This document shows positions 46,318 to 55,700 of a DNA stretch of 64,000 nt, piece by piece. This stretch comes from a virus (lineage: Duplodnaviria; Caudoviricetes). A program made the translations under genes and the position numbers. The DNA is taken from IMG/VR virus record IMGVR_UViG_3300003375_000001, positions 1-64,000 of that record, one strand, 5' to 3'. The stretch's first letter is position 1; every line of letters starts with the position of its first letter. Under the pieces are notes generated by a model. It was given only the letters and a program-made list of their open reading frames with translations, was not told the origin of the DNA and did no database searches.

Positions 46318-46351
46318 CCTGAGGTGAGCGCGTCTACTGGTTCACCTCAGG
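46318..46351 (+). promoter_or_regulatory. 12-bp stem-loop abutting the RBS of tail spike 4
   Basis: CCTGAGGTGAGC / GTTCACCTCAGG; 3' arm overlaps AGGAGG. Confidence 0.65.
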
Positions 46352-46364
46352 AGGAGACTCTTTG

Positions 46365-49300
46365 ATGACCTCGTCTTCTAGTTATACTGATACCTCTAGC
46401 TATGCCATATCCTTGGCGTTGTCCGCAGGTCTAAACGTTTCTAAGAATCCTTCTGTTGACGTAACCATTTACTTAGACGATCCTCAGAAGACACCAACCG
46501 TTAAGGTACCGCAGCTAGTAACGGTAGGCTACGTTAAGCCTTCTGGTATTCAAGGGCAGGTGTTTCTGGATGCAAGCTCTACGGGGACTAACTCTAGTAG
46601 GCAATTTTGGGTATTCAACTCGGGCAGTTGGTACCTGGTAGGCCCAACCTTAACACTACATCCCGAAAATTACGTGGCTGCTAACGTAGGAAGTCTTCCT
46701 ACTAAAGCTTCGTCCAGTGCTGTGGTGGCCGCTGTAGACGACACTAGTTTTGTCACACCTGTTGGGCTAGCTACTTTACTATCGGGTCGTAAGGCTGACC
46801 TATTAGTACCGTCTGTGTCAGCTCTTAGACTTCTTGCTACCGCGTCTGCCAATTCAGTCTATCTACAAAGTTACTACGGAGATGGCCATGGCGGCGATGG
46901 CTTCTTGTACGTAAACCCCAATGATACCACGTCTGTAGATAATGGTGGATCTATATTCGTCGATGCTTTGAATAGGCGTTGGTATAGAAAAGATCAACTT
47001 AACTTCAGAGCGACAGACTTTGGTGCTAAGCCAGACGACATATATGGCGTTGGTGCTAATGACAACGCACCCTTTCTGAACAATGCTTTTGCCTGGGCTC
47101 TTGCACAAAACACAGGGGTTGTAGTTAACTTAGAGGCCTACACCTATACTTGTGCAACACCTCCAGTAATAGGTACGCCTTCGTCCACTGCAACGCCTAA
47201 TCAAGCTAACCCCTTTACGGTTAAGGGTACATCACCACAACGTATGGCCGGTAAGCCGGGTGCCCAGATTAGGCTAGTACCTACTTCGATTGGTCAGTAC
47301 AACGCGATTCTAAGGGTTGACGGTACACAACAGATAGCGTACCTAACACTAGAGTACTTCTCTCTTACCTGTACGCCTATAACTCTTACCATTCCTGCAC
47401 AGACCGTAGCAGCCAATACATTCTCTATGCCTGGAGGTGACTTAGCCGGGTTTGCAACTGGAACTCCCGTCACGCTGTCAGGTGGCGGTGGCGCTACAGG
47501 TGTCACACGCTCCGGTATTGTTATCTACTACCTTATAAATCAAGCAGGCACTGACCAGTTTAGCCTTGCGCTTAATCCAGCTAACGCAGCAGCTAACATT
47601 CAGGTCCCTATATCTAGTGCGTTTACTGGTACAACAACCGTGTCCGCATGGGGTGGAGCTATAAACGGCTTACTTTATGACGGCACGCGCCTTACGTCTC
47701 CTAGAGCGACACAGATAAATATTACTGGTGCTGATAATAGCATTACCATGCAAGCTGTTGCCGATAGTGCTAATGGCGAGTTTGGGCACTTCGAATTGTG
47801 CGAAGGCTCTTACTGCAAACGTTTCTTCTACATGCCAGGCACCGGTGAAACAGGACAGGCCTTACGCACCACGTTTATAAACTGTAGCTCTAACCCTCGC
47901 TTTGCTGACGGCGAAGCCTGTATGGAAATAGGTGGTGGTATAAGAGGGTACGGTATAGACGCGTTTGGTTTTAACTGTAGCGTTGTACCTGTAGGTGTTG
48001 ACGTTGGAGCTGCAGGTGGGTGGAGAAAGCCTATCTACGCATTCAGAGACAACGGTACTAATGAAGCAACTAGTTTCTATGGTGGTCGCCTCGAAAACCT
48101 TACCGGAATTGTTGACATAACCCAGCAAAGCTACGAGGAACGCATACTGTTTAAGGGAACAACGTTTGCTGCGCTGGCATCATACGTTAATGCCCCTATG
48201 GTACAAGCTGCGCATCCAACGGGGTCTACACCAACTGCATCATCTGTTGTGCTGGAGTCCTGTTTCATATACATGAACGGCGGCACTTGGCAACAGAGCA
48301 ACCTTGGTATGTACTTTGCAACGACGGGCTCGTATAGCACAGGCATATACGTTCTGTTCGATAAATGCGTTCTAGAACACGGTGGTAGAAAACGTTTGCT
48401 GCAGGGTATCAATACCTCATGCATAGAGTTTAGGGACTGCTCTGAAAAGATATCTAACCTCAGTACGAATGCAACCTATCTGATTCGTCGAATGAGTCAA
48501 CGACTAGGTGAGCCTGTGTCTACGCCTATGCAAGCTCGTATAGGCAGAGATAACATTAACTCTTACCCTGGTCTACCTAACAACCTACTAACATATCCTG
48601 ATTTTGGAGGTACGTACGGAGCAGCTAACGTAGTCTTACCCTCACCTTGGGTACATTTTGGTTCGACAGCCTCGCTTAATAGGCTGGATCAGCCTTCAGA
48701 CGTTAGAACACCGCAAGCCCGTGTTCTACGCATAAATGCAACATCCGGCGTGCGACAAGTAATATCCGGAGCCACACCTACGCAGGGTGTTCCTCTGTTC
48801 TATCAAGCGGACGCCTGGGTTAACTTTTCTAACGTAACAACCGATACCATTCGTATCGCTCTTGAGAACGATACGACAGGTGAAATATACGACGAGGTGT
48901 TCTTACAGTCTCAACCTAATAGAACTCACAGCGCGCCTATAAACCTCACTGCTGTACCCTCTGCGACAACTGGTGTATTCAGGTTAGCTATAGAAAACTT
49001 GAGTGCAACAAACGTCACGCAGTTAAGGGTTAACTGGCATATGGTGTCGGCTAACGTGTCGGCAGCTTACGTTCTTCCTGATGCAGGTTCAACTGCTACT
49101 TGGACTAGCACCTGGAGTTCAAACTTCGATTCGGCTCGCATCAACTCTCGACTTTCTCTTCCTTATAAATATGATGCGTTTGGGTCAGCTGACGCAAGTA
49201 TGCCTAACCCTAGGTCAGACTTGTACCTGTCGGCCACTAATGAGCATCTCCAATACTACGCAGGTACTAAAGACGCAGCTGGTGGCAAGTGGTGGACGGT

Positions 49301-49499
49301 AAAACGAGTTTATGCCAGCAGCGCGATGCCTACTACTGGCTCATGGACAGCAAATGATTACGTTGACAACACCGCGCCTACGCAATTAGGTACAGCTGGC
49401 AGTCAATACGTTATCAAAGGCTGGATCAGAGTCACTACAGGTAGCGGTAACGTCTTAAACACTGACTGGTTGCAGGACAGAGCCTTGACCGGCAACTAA
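46365..49499 (+). CDS. tail spike 4: shared N-module, spike head domain and beta-helix
   Basis: SYYGDGHGGDG...DNGGSIFVD...RW; DFGAKPDD....DNAPFLNNAF. Confidence 0.85.
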   Translation: MTSSSSYTDTSSYAISLALSAGLNVSKNPSVDVTIYLDDPQKTPTVKVPQLVTVGYVKPSGIQGQVFLDASSTGTNSSRQFWVFNSGSWYLVGPTLTLHPENYVAANVGSLPTKASSSAVVAAVDDTSFVTPVGLATLLSGRKADLLVPSVSALRLLATASANSVYLQSYYGDGHGGDGFLYVNPNDTTSVDNGGSIFVDALNRRWYRKDQLNFRATDFGAKPDDIYGVGANDNAPFLNNAFAWALAQNTGVVVNLEAYTYTCATPPVIGTPSSTATPNQANPFTVKGTSPQRMAGKPGAQIRLVPTSIGQYNAILRVDGTQQIAYLTLEYFSLTCTPITLTIPAQTVAANTFSMPGGDLAGFATGTPVTLSGGGGATGVTRSGIVIYYLINQAGTDQFSLALNPANAAANIQVPISSAFTGTTTVSAWGGAINGLLYDGTRLTSPRATQINITGADNSITMQAVADSANGEFGHFELCEGSYCKRFFYMPGTGETGQALRTTFINCSSNPRFADGEACMEIGGGIRGYGIDAFGFNCSVVPVGVDVGAAGGWRKPIYAFRDNGTNEATSFYGGRLENLTGIVDITQQSYEERILFKGTTFAALASYVNAPMVQAAHPTGSTPTASSVVLESCFIYMNGGTWQQSNLGMYFATTGSYSTGIYVLFDKCVLEHGGRKRLLQGINTSCIEFRDCSEKISNLSTNATYLIRRMSQRLGEPVSTPMQARIGRDNINSYPGLPNNLLTYPDFGGTYGAANVVLPSPWVHFGSTASLNRLDQPSDVRTPQARVLRINATSGVRQVISGATPTQGVPLFYQADAWVNFSNVTTDTIRIALENDTTGEIYDEVFLQSQPNRTHSAPINLTAVPSATTGVFRLAIENLSATNVTQLRVNWHMVSANVSAAYVLPDAGSTATWTSTWSSNFDSARINSRLSLPYKYDAFGSADASMPNPRSDLYLSATNEHLQYYAGTKDAAGGKWWTVKRVYASSAMPTTGSWTANDYVDNTAPTQLGTAGSQYVIKGWIRVTTGSGNVLNTDWLQDRALTGN

Positions 49500-49534
49500 C
49501 TCACTTTCATTAGCATTCACTTAAAAGGCAAGAC

Positions 49535-52219
49535 ATGTCAAACTTCGATCTAGACGATATCAACCAAATACTGGGTCAGGCTCTGTCACAGGGCTTGAAC
49601 CGCACTACAAAGCCCTCTGTAGATATAACCTGGGGTATAACAGATGTAACCAAGCCAAACGGTGTCAAGACTAACGTTGTGGTTACGGTATCTTATACTC
49701 AGCCTGCGTCTCCAGCGATTGGCATAATCTGGTTGAACGCGGATAACCAGACACCTACGTACAAGCAGTTCTCGGTAAGTAATGGCAGTTATTACGTACC
49801 CATCCAATCTTTGACTTCTGCAACGGCCTACACTAGTTCTAACCCCTCACACTTTCCTCTTGCTACCGTGTCTTCAGGAGGTCCTCTAGACACTCCATCC
49901 GTAGCGGCTGTAAAAATGTCAGGCATAGAAATATTTTCAGGATCTACTGGCAGGCTTAGATTTAAGTCCCGAGAGTTGGCTGCGGGGTCAGACGTCGGTA
50001 TAGCTACTGTGGTAGAATGTGAACGCTACTGGTCTAGTGGCCCAATAGTACCTTTGGTGTATGACGTTCAATCTGGCACGTCTACGGCTAGAGACACTGT
50101 TCAGTTTGCAAATGGTAAGTATGGTAAGCTCCGTATCGCTGAATATGTAACCCCCCTAATGTTTGGTGCCAAAGGTCAATGGATTGCGGCACAGGCTACC
50201 ACACCGCTCAAGACAGCTTACTTGGCCGCTAACCTCGATCAGACCGGTATTCAAGAGGCTGTCAACTACGCTATATTCAATGTCCCAGGGTGCCTTGTTA
50301 GAGTACCTTCTGGATCTTACGCAACAACAGATACTATTCATCTAGGCTATGGTGTTAACTACCAGGCTAGCCCCTACGCCTCTATCCGTATAGAAGGCGA
50401 TGTAGGTTCTCAAGCCCAGAACACGACTGCCGGTAAACCAGGCGCAGCGTTATTCCCTCAGTTTACTGACAGGCCAGTGTTTGCCGTGTCGGGCGGTCGT
50501 CACACAAAGATAAGAAACATAGGGGCTACTGGTAGTGAGACTTACATAATATCCCAAGGTCTCACTAATCCTCCAACAGTATTAGGCGCTAATAATGTAT
50601 CAACGTGGATTGACCCAACTTGGTCAACAAACGCAAATTCTCAAACAGCACCCTTCTGCTTTGTAGCCGTGGACCCCTACTCTGTTGCTACAGCACCGGC
50701 TATAACTTATCCCAATGTAACCTTTCCTATTGAGTTGGCTGGTACAGGACAGTACGCTAAGGCCGCTTCATCGGATACCGTTATCGAAGGCTGCTTCGCA
50801 GGTGGATTTGCTGTAGGTATTGCAGTCGCGCCTTCTGGTAACACTGGTCAGTCAGACTTTACCCGAGTTGACCAGTGTTGGTTTCAAAATATGATATACG
50901 GCGTGTCTATAGGAAATACCGATAGCCGAGTAGTATCGGTTACTAGAAGTTATCTTAACCAGATGCACACCGTTATAACAGGCTCTATAAATGGTGGGCA
51001 AATAGGACAAATAGGATCTACTATAGAAAACTGCGCATTTGACAGATGCATAAAATGGTTTAACGTTCAAGACGTTGCTAATCCACGAGGCGGACCCGTT
51101 ACTATCCAGAACGTATACGGGGAAAACGTATGGTCACTGGGTGAATGGGCGGGAGGCGCTGCGCGTGACAGCAGTCTTATTCTAAACAGCAATTCTGTAA
51201 ACTTTAACCACACGGGGGCATGTGGTATCCCACCGTACATAATTAAGACTAACAGTGGTTATCACATGATTACCATGAACGGAGGTACTTACTTCGGCTA
51301 TTCTGGTGCGTTTGCTATTCTAGGACAAGCTCAAAACTTTACCATCAATGGCGTGGCTTTCGAGGAGACTACGGTTCGTACTGGCTTATTCGAGAAAATT
51401 GCCGCCACGGCACTAGGTGGCGCAATTACATTTACGTCATCTGGTCATTGTGGAGAATTCAGGTCTAAATATCTGGCTTACAACGCCAGCACTGGTGCTT
51501 CTTACATGAAGAGAAACTCTGACTACCCCTTATCTGACTCTACCACCCCCTTCCCCATATGGGCTAAACAGACAGTAGGCAGCGGCTCACGGCAGTTTGC
51601 TCAACGACCTGTTTATACGCCTGCGTTGTCGCAAGCATTCACCAAAGTGTCTTTAGCTTCTATATCTCTTACTAATCTTGAATTGACCATTGTGTTTAAC
51701 TCAAGACTAGAGATGCAGTTCGCCTTATTCGGGCCTAATCCAGGTGACGCCATCGTTGACATCGTATCAGGATCAGTATTCTTTGTTCATGCACGTACGG
51801 GCCTAACGGTAAATGCTACCTTGCAGAATAATCATACTGGAAATGCCTCGTCGGCTACACTAATAAACCCTATAACCCTAACCTTATCGCCGTCAGAACA
51901 GTTTTTGTTTTTGAACTGTAGGTCTTACACGCCACAGTACCCTGTCTTTGGTCAATTTACCACGGGGTCTCCTTCAGTTACTGGTGTAGGCGCAGACGAC
52001 GGTACCAGTTCGTTCCTAACTACAGAAATTCCTACTGGCGCGTTTATTCCTATGGACCAGTACACCGACAACATATTTGCACTAGGTGACTCTGGAGGAT
52101 CCCCCAATTCAAAAATAAACACAGGCGGAGGTACTACTTTAACTATGAACGCTAACTCCTTAAAAACCGAGCGTAGACAAATTCAAGTACTCGTGATGGC
52201 GCCACCTGCTAATGCTTAA
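49535..52219 (+). CDS. tail spike 5: shared N-module plus beta-helix (pectate-lyase-3-like)
   Basis: TPLMFGAKG...DQTGIQEAVNYA...VPSGSY. Confidence 0.85.
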   Translation: MSNFDLDDINQILGQALSQGLNRTTKPSVDITWGITDVTKPNGVKTNVVVTVSYTQPASPAIGIIWLNADNQTPTYKQFSVSNGSYYVPIQSLTSATAYTSSNPSHFPLATVSSGGPLDTPSVAAVKMSGIEIFSGSTGRLRFKSRELAAGSDVGIATVVECERYWSSGPIVPLVYDVQSGTSTARDTVQFANGKYGKLRIAEYVTPLMFGAKGQWIAAQATTPLKTAYLAANLDQTGIQEAVNYAIFNVPGCLVRVPSGSYATTDTIHLGYGVNYQASPYASIRIEGDVGSQAQNTTAGKPGAALFPQFTDRPVFAVSGGRHTKIRNIGATGSETYIISQGLTNPPTVLGANNVSTWIDPTWSTNANSQTAPFCFVAVDPYSVATAPAITYPNVTFPIELAGTGQYAKAASSDTVIEGCFAGGFAVGIAVAPSGNTGQSDFTRVDQCWFQNMIYGVSIGNTDSRVVSVTRSYLNQMHTVITGSINGGQIGQIGSTIENCAFDRCIKWFNVQDVANPRGGPVTIQNVYGENVWSLGEWAGGAARDSSLILNSNSVNFNHTGACGIPPYIIKTNSGYHMITMNGGTYFGYSGAFAILGQAQNFTINGVAFEETTVRTGLFEKIAATALGGAITFTSSGHCGEFRSKYLAYNASTGASYMKRNSDYPLSDSTTPFPIWAKQTVGSGSRQFAQRPVYTPALSQAFTKVSLASISLTNLELTIVFNSRLEMQFALFGPNPGDAIVDIVSGSVFFVHARTGLTVNATLQNNHTGNASSATLINPITLTLSPSEQFLFLNCRSYTPQYPVFGQFTTGSPSVTGVGADDGTSSFLTTEIPTGAFIPMDQYTDNIFALGDSGGSPNSKINTGGGTTLTMNANSLKTERRQIQVLVMAPPANA

Positions 52220-52243
52220 TCACCAACCCTCTTAAGGTAAAAC

Positions 52244-52657
52244 ATGAAACTCCGTACTCGTATTATATCCTTGGCACTCCTTGCGGCTAGCCCTGCGTTT
52301 GCTGTAACTTACCCCTGCCAGCCTGCCTTTAACGTACTGCCTGTCCTTAACCCTTCTATGGTAGTAGGAGACAAGCGGGGGCCTCTTACCATAAGCACTG
52401 CCGACGGATCAGGTGCCTACTGGTATTGTCAAGATGCGAAGGGCGTCATTACCGCTTGGCAGTACCATGCTACCATCGCGGCGCAAAACGTCGGTCTAAA
52501 GAACTGGTATATGCACTTGACTAACTGGGGTCAAACCGTAATCACAGAATCTCGTACAGCCGACTGTTCTAATCCAGCCACTCTGGTAGACGATCCAGAG
52601 AAAAGACTGTGTGCAGCCATAGTTACTGCTGTGCAAACTAACTGGCCTAAGAAGTAA
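52244..52657 (+). CDS. secreted protein with Sec signal peptide
   Basis: MKLRTRIISLALLAASPAFA; four Cys. Confidence 0.7.
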   Translation: MKLRTRIISLALLAASPAFAVTYPCQPAFNVLPVLNPSMVVGDKRGPLTISTADGSGAYWYCQDAKGVITAWQYHATIAAQNVGLKNWYMHLTNWGQTVITESRTADCSNPATLVDDPEKRLCAAIVTAVQTNWPKK

Positions 52658-52670
52658 GAGGTTAACTAAC

Positions 52671-52703
52671 GTGGGTGTTCTGATTACACGTCAGAACACC
52701 CAC
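52671..52703 (+). promoter_or_regulatory. 13-bp perfect intergenic stem-loop
   Basis: GTGGGTGTTCTGA-TTACACG-TCAGAACACCCAC. Confidence 0.7.
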
Positions 52704-52720
52704 CACAGGGGTTATAAAGC

Positions 52721-55700
52721 ATGTCACAGTTCGGCACCGACGATATCAATCAAATCCTATCCGAAGCTTTGTCTTTGGGTCTCAACCGTTTTACAAAACC
52801 GTCTATAGATATTCAGTATGGTGTTATAGACCCCACAAAGCCTAACGGAGTCAAAACAAACATAAGGGTAACAGTAGCCTTTTCCGCACCGTCCCCCGCT
52901 TTTGTTGGTCTCGTATGGCTCAACGCTGACAGCACCTCTCCTACTTATAAAACATTTTACGTGGGTAACGGTACAACAGTTGTACCGGCAGGCACCCAAC
53001 TAGACTCCACGTCAACCATAACAAAGAACATAGTATCGGTTATCCCCGCCACTACAACGACCCTTGGTGGTATTATAGTTGGTAACGGTCTTGCCATAAC
53101 ATTAGACGGTAAGCTTTCAGCTACAGGTGGTGTCGGAGTTAGTAACGCCACGGCATCGGTCCCTGGTGTCATTCAGCTAACTGGGGACCTTGGAGGTACG
53201 TCTACTTCGCCTACAGTTCCAGGTTTGGCTGGCAAACAAGCCACACTCGTATCAGGTACTAATATAAAGACTGTAGGAAGTCACAGCCTATTAGGCTCTG
53301 GTGACATTAACCTTGTACCTTCAGATATTGGCGCATACGCTAAACCAGGTACAGGTATCCCTACTTCTGACTTGGACGCAGCTACTCAACTGGCTATAAG
53401 CAAGGCTAACTCGGCTATTCAGTCAATACCAACTGTTCCGTCAGCCACGTCATCCGTTCAAGGCTTAATAACGCTTACGGGTGACCTCGGAGGAACTGCC
53501 TCTTCACCCACAGTTCCTGGTCTAGCAAACAAGCAGGCTACACTCGTATCAGGTACTAACATCAAGACAGTTGGCTCTAAGTCTTTGGTGGGTTCTGGAG
53601 ACCTTGGTCTACTACCGTCAGACATAGGAGCGTACGTCAAGCCAGGTACGGGCATTCCTTCTACTGACTTGGATGTTGCTAGCCAGACTGGCCTAGCTAA
53701 GGCTCTAACCGCGGTACAAACCCTTCCTGCAGCAACATCGTCAGTAGCCGGTATTATTCAGTTGACTGGAGATCTCGGCGGAACGTCTGCTTCGCCTACA
53801 GTCCCTGGCCTAGCAAACAAACAAGATACCTTAGTATCAGGCACCAATGTCAAGACTATAAATGGAGCTTCTTTACTAGGCTCTGGTAACTTAGTAATAA
53901 GCGTCCCTACCACTACAGACGCGTTGAGTGAAGGTACAACTAACCTGTACTTCACACAGTCTCGCGTTCTGGCTACAACTATAACAGGTGTTTCTACTGC
54001 GGTGTCTACGCCTATAACGGCAGCAGACACAACCCTAGCGGCTCTAGGGAAGTTACAAGCCCAGTTAACCAATACACAGCCTACTCTAGTATCTGGAACA
54101 AGTATAAAGACAATCAATGGCAGTTCTATACTGGGTAGCGGTAACCTTACAGTATCAGGCAGTGGCGGCGGAGGCAGTGGTCCTACTAGCACTGACGGCT
54201 TACCTGAGGGGACAACGAACCTTTACTTCACGCAGCCCCGTGTACTTTCAACCACGTTGGCCGGCTTATCAACTTCAACACCAACACCGATTACCTCGTC
54301 AGACACAACGTTGTCTGCACTTGGTAAGCTTCAAGCTCAATTTGTTGGCGTTAACCATGCACCTGTGGTCAACCCTGCTTCTGGTTCTTTCGTTAACTCA
54401 GTAGTAGGCTCTGGGAACATCATAACAAGCTACGTTACGGACCTGGACAGCAACACCTGTACTGTTTCGTGGATAGACTGGCGTGCTAGTTACCCTGCAG
54501 TAGGTACACCATTCACCACGCTGTACGGTACCATGACCATTAATGCCAATGGTAGCTGGACCTACGTGGCAGGAGCAGGCGCCTGGGCTTTGCTTGCTGG
54601 TCAAAACGTAACGGATACTTTCACCTATCTTATTACTGATGGTCAGGGCGCTCAGGTTCCTGGAACACTTACGGTAAACATTCAGGGCAGTGCAATAGCC
54701 CCAACTATAACGCCTACCAATGGTGGTGTTCAATATAATACCCCAGTGACTGGTAGTGTTGCAAGTTCCATCACAGAACTATCTCCTCTTACTGTGACCT
54801 TGACGCAATTTACGGTAGCTGGGGTCACTGGTACGTTTACTGCCGGCGCTACGGCTACTATTACAGGCGTAGGTACCATAACGATGGGCTCTAACATGAG
54901 CTACACGTTTACTCCTGTTTCTGGCTACTATGGTCCTGTGCCTATAGTAACGTATTCGGTAACTAACGGAACCGAGACAGTAACGGGTACCCTTGGGCTG
55001 ACTGTTGCTATTCCTCAAGGCATAAGTGCGGCCAAGCTAGTAAAGCGCCCTAGTATAACGGGTACAGGCAACGCAGGTGACGTTCTAACATATGTGGCAG
55101 GTACCGTTACTGGAGCAACGGGTGCGCCGGCCTTGCAATGGATGCGCCAGGGGCACGCCATTCCTGGGGCTACAGGTACTACGTATACCACTACAACCGC
55201 AGACACTTGGTATTGCATAAGTTTGCAGCTTACGTACCCTTCTTCTACAGTGCCTCTGCAGATTCGTACATATCCTATAGAGATAGGTCCAGCGACACAG
55301 CGCACCGTTGTGGACTATACGTTGGACCCCTTTGTAAACTATAAGCCTTGGAGTTACGAGCATCCGTTGCCTAATCAGAACGGAATGACTTCAGCTTATG
55401 CTGGGACGGTTTATGAGGTAGGCCCTGGTAAAGCATATTCGAGCCTGCATGACGTACCTATCATGAATCTTCTGCCTGGGGACACTGTCAAGCTGTACTG
55501 GCGTTCAACCCCTTACAGCGAGTCAATCTTTATTCCGTGCCAGGGGGAACCAAATCGCTGGATCAAGTTTGAAGGTGTACCTGGCCCCTTGGGTCAGTTG
55601 CCTATTCTTGACGGTACGTTGGCCACTAGCCCTCCACCGAATTCTGGTCTTAGTTCCTCCACCGACGGTGCTGCGATGATTCAAGTGGGAACGCCTACTT

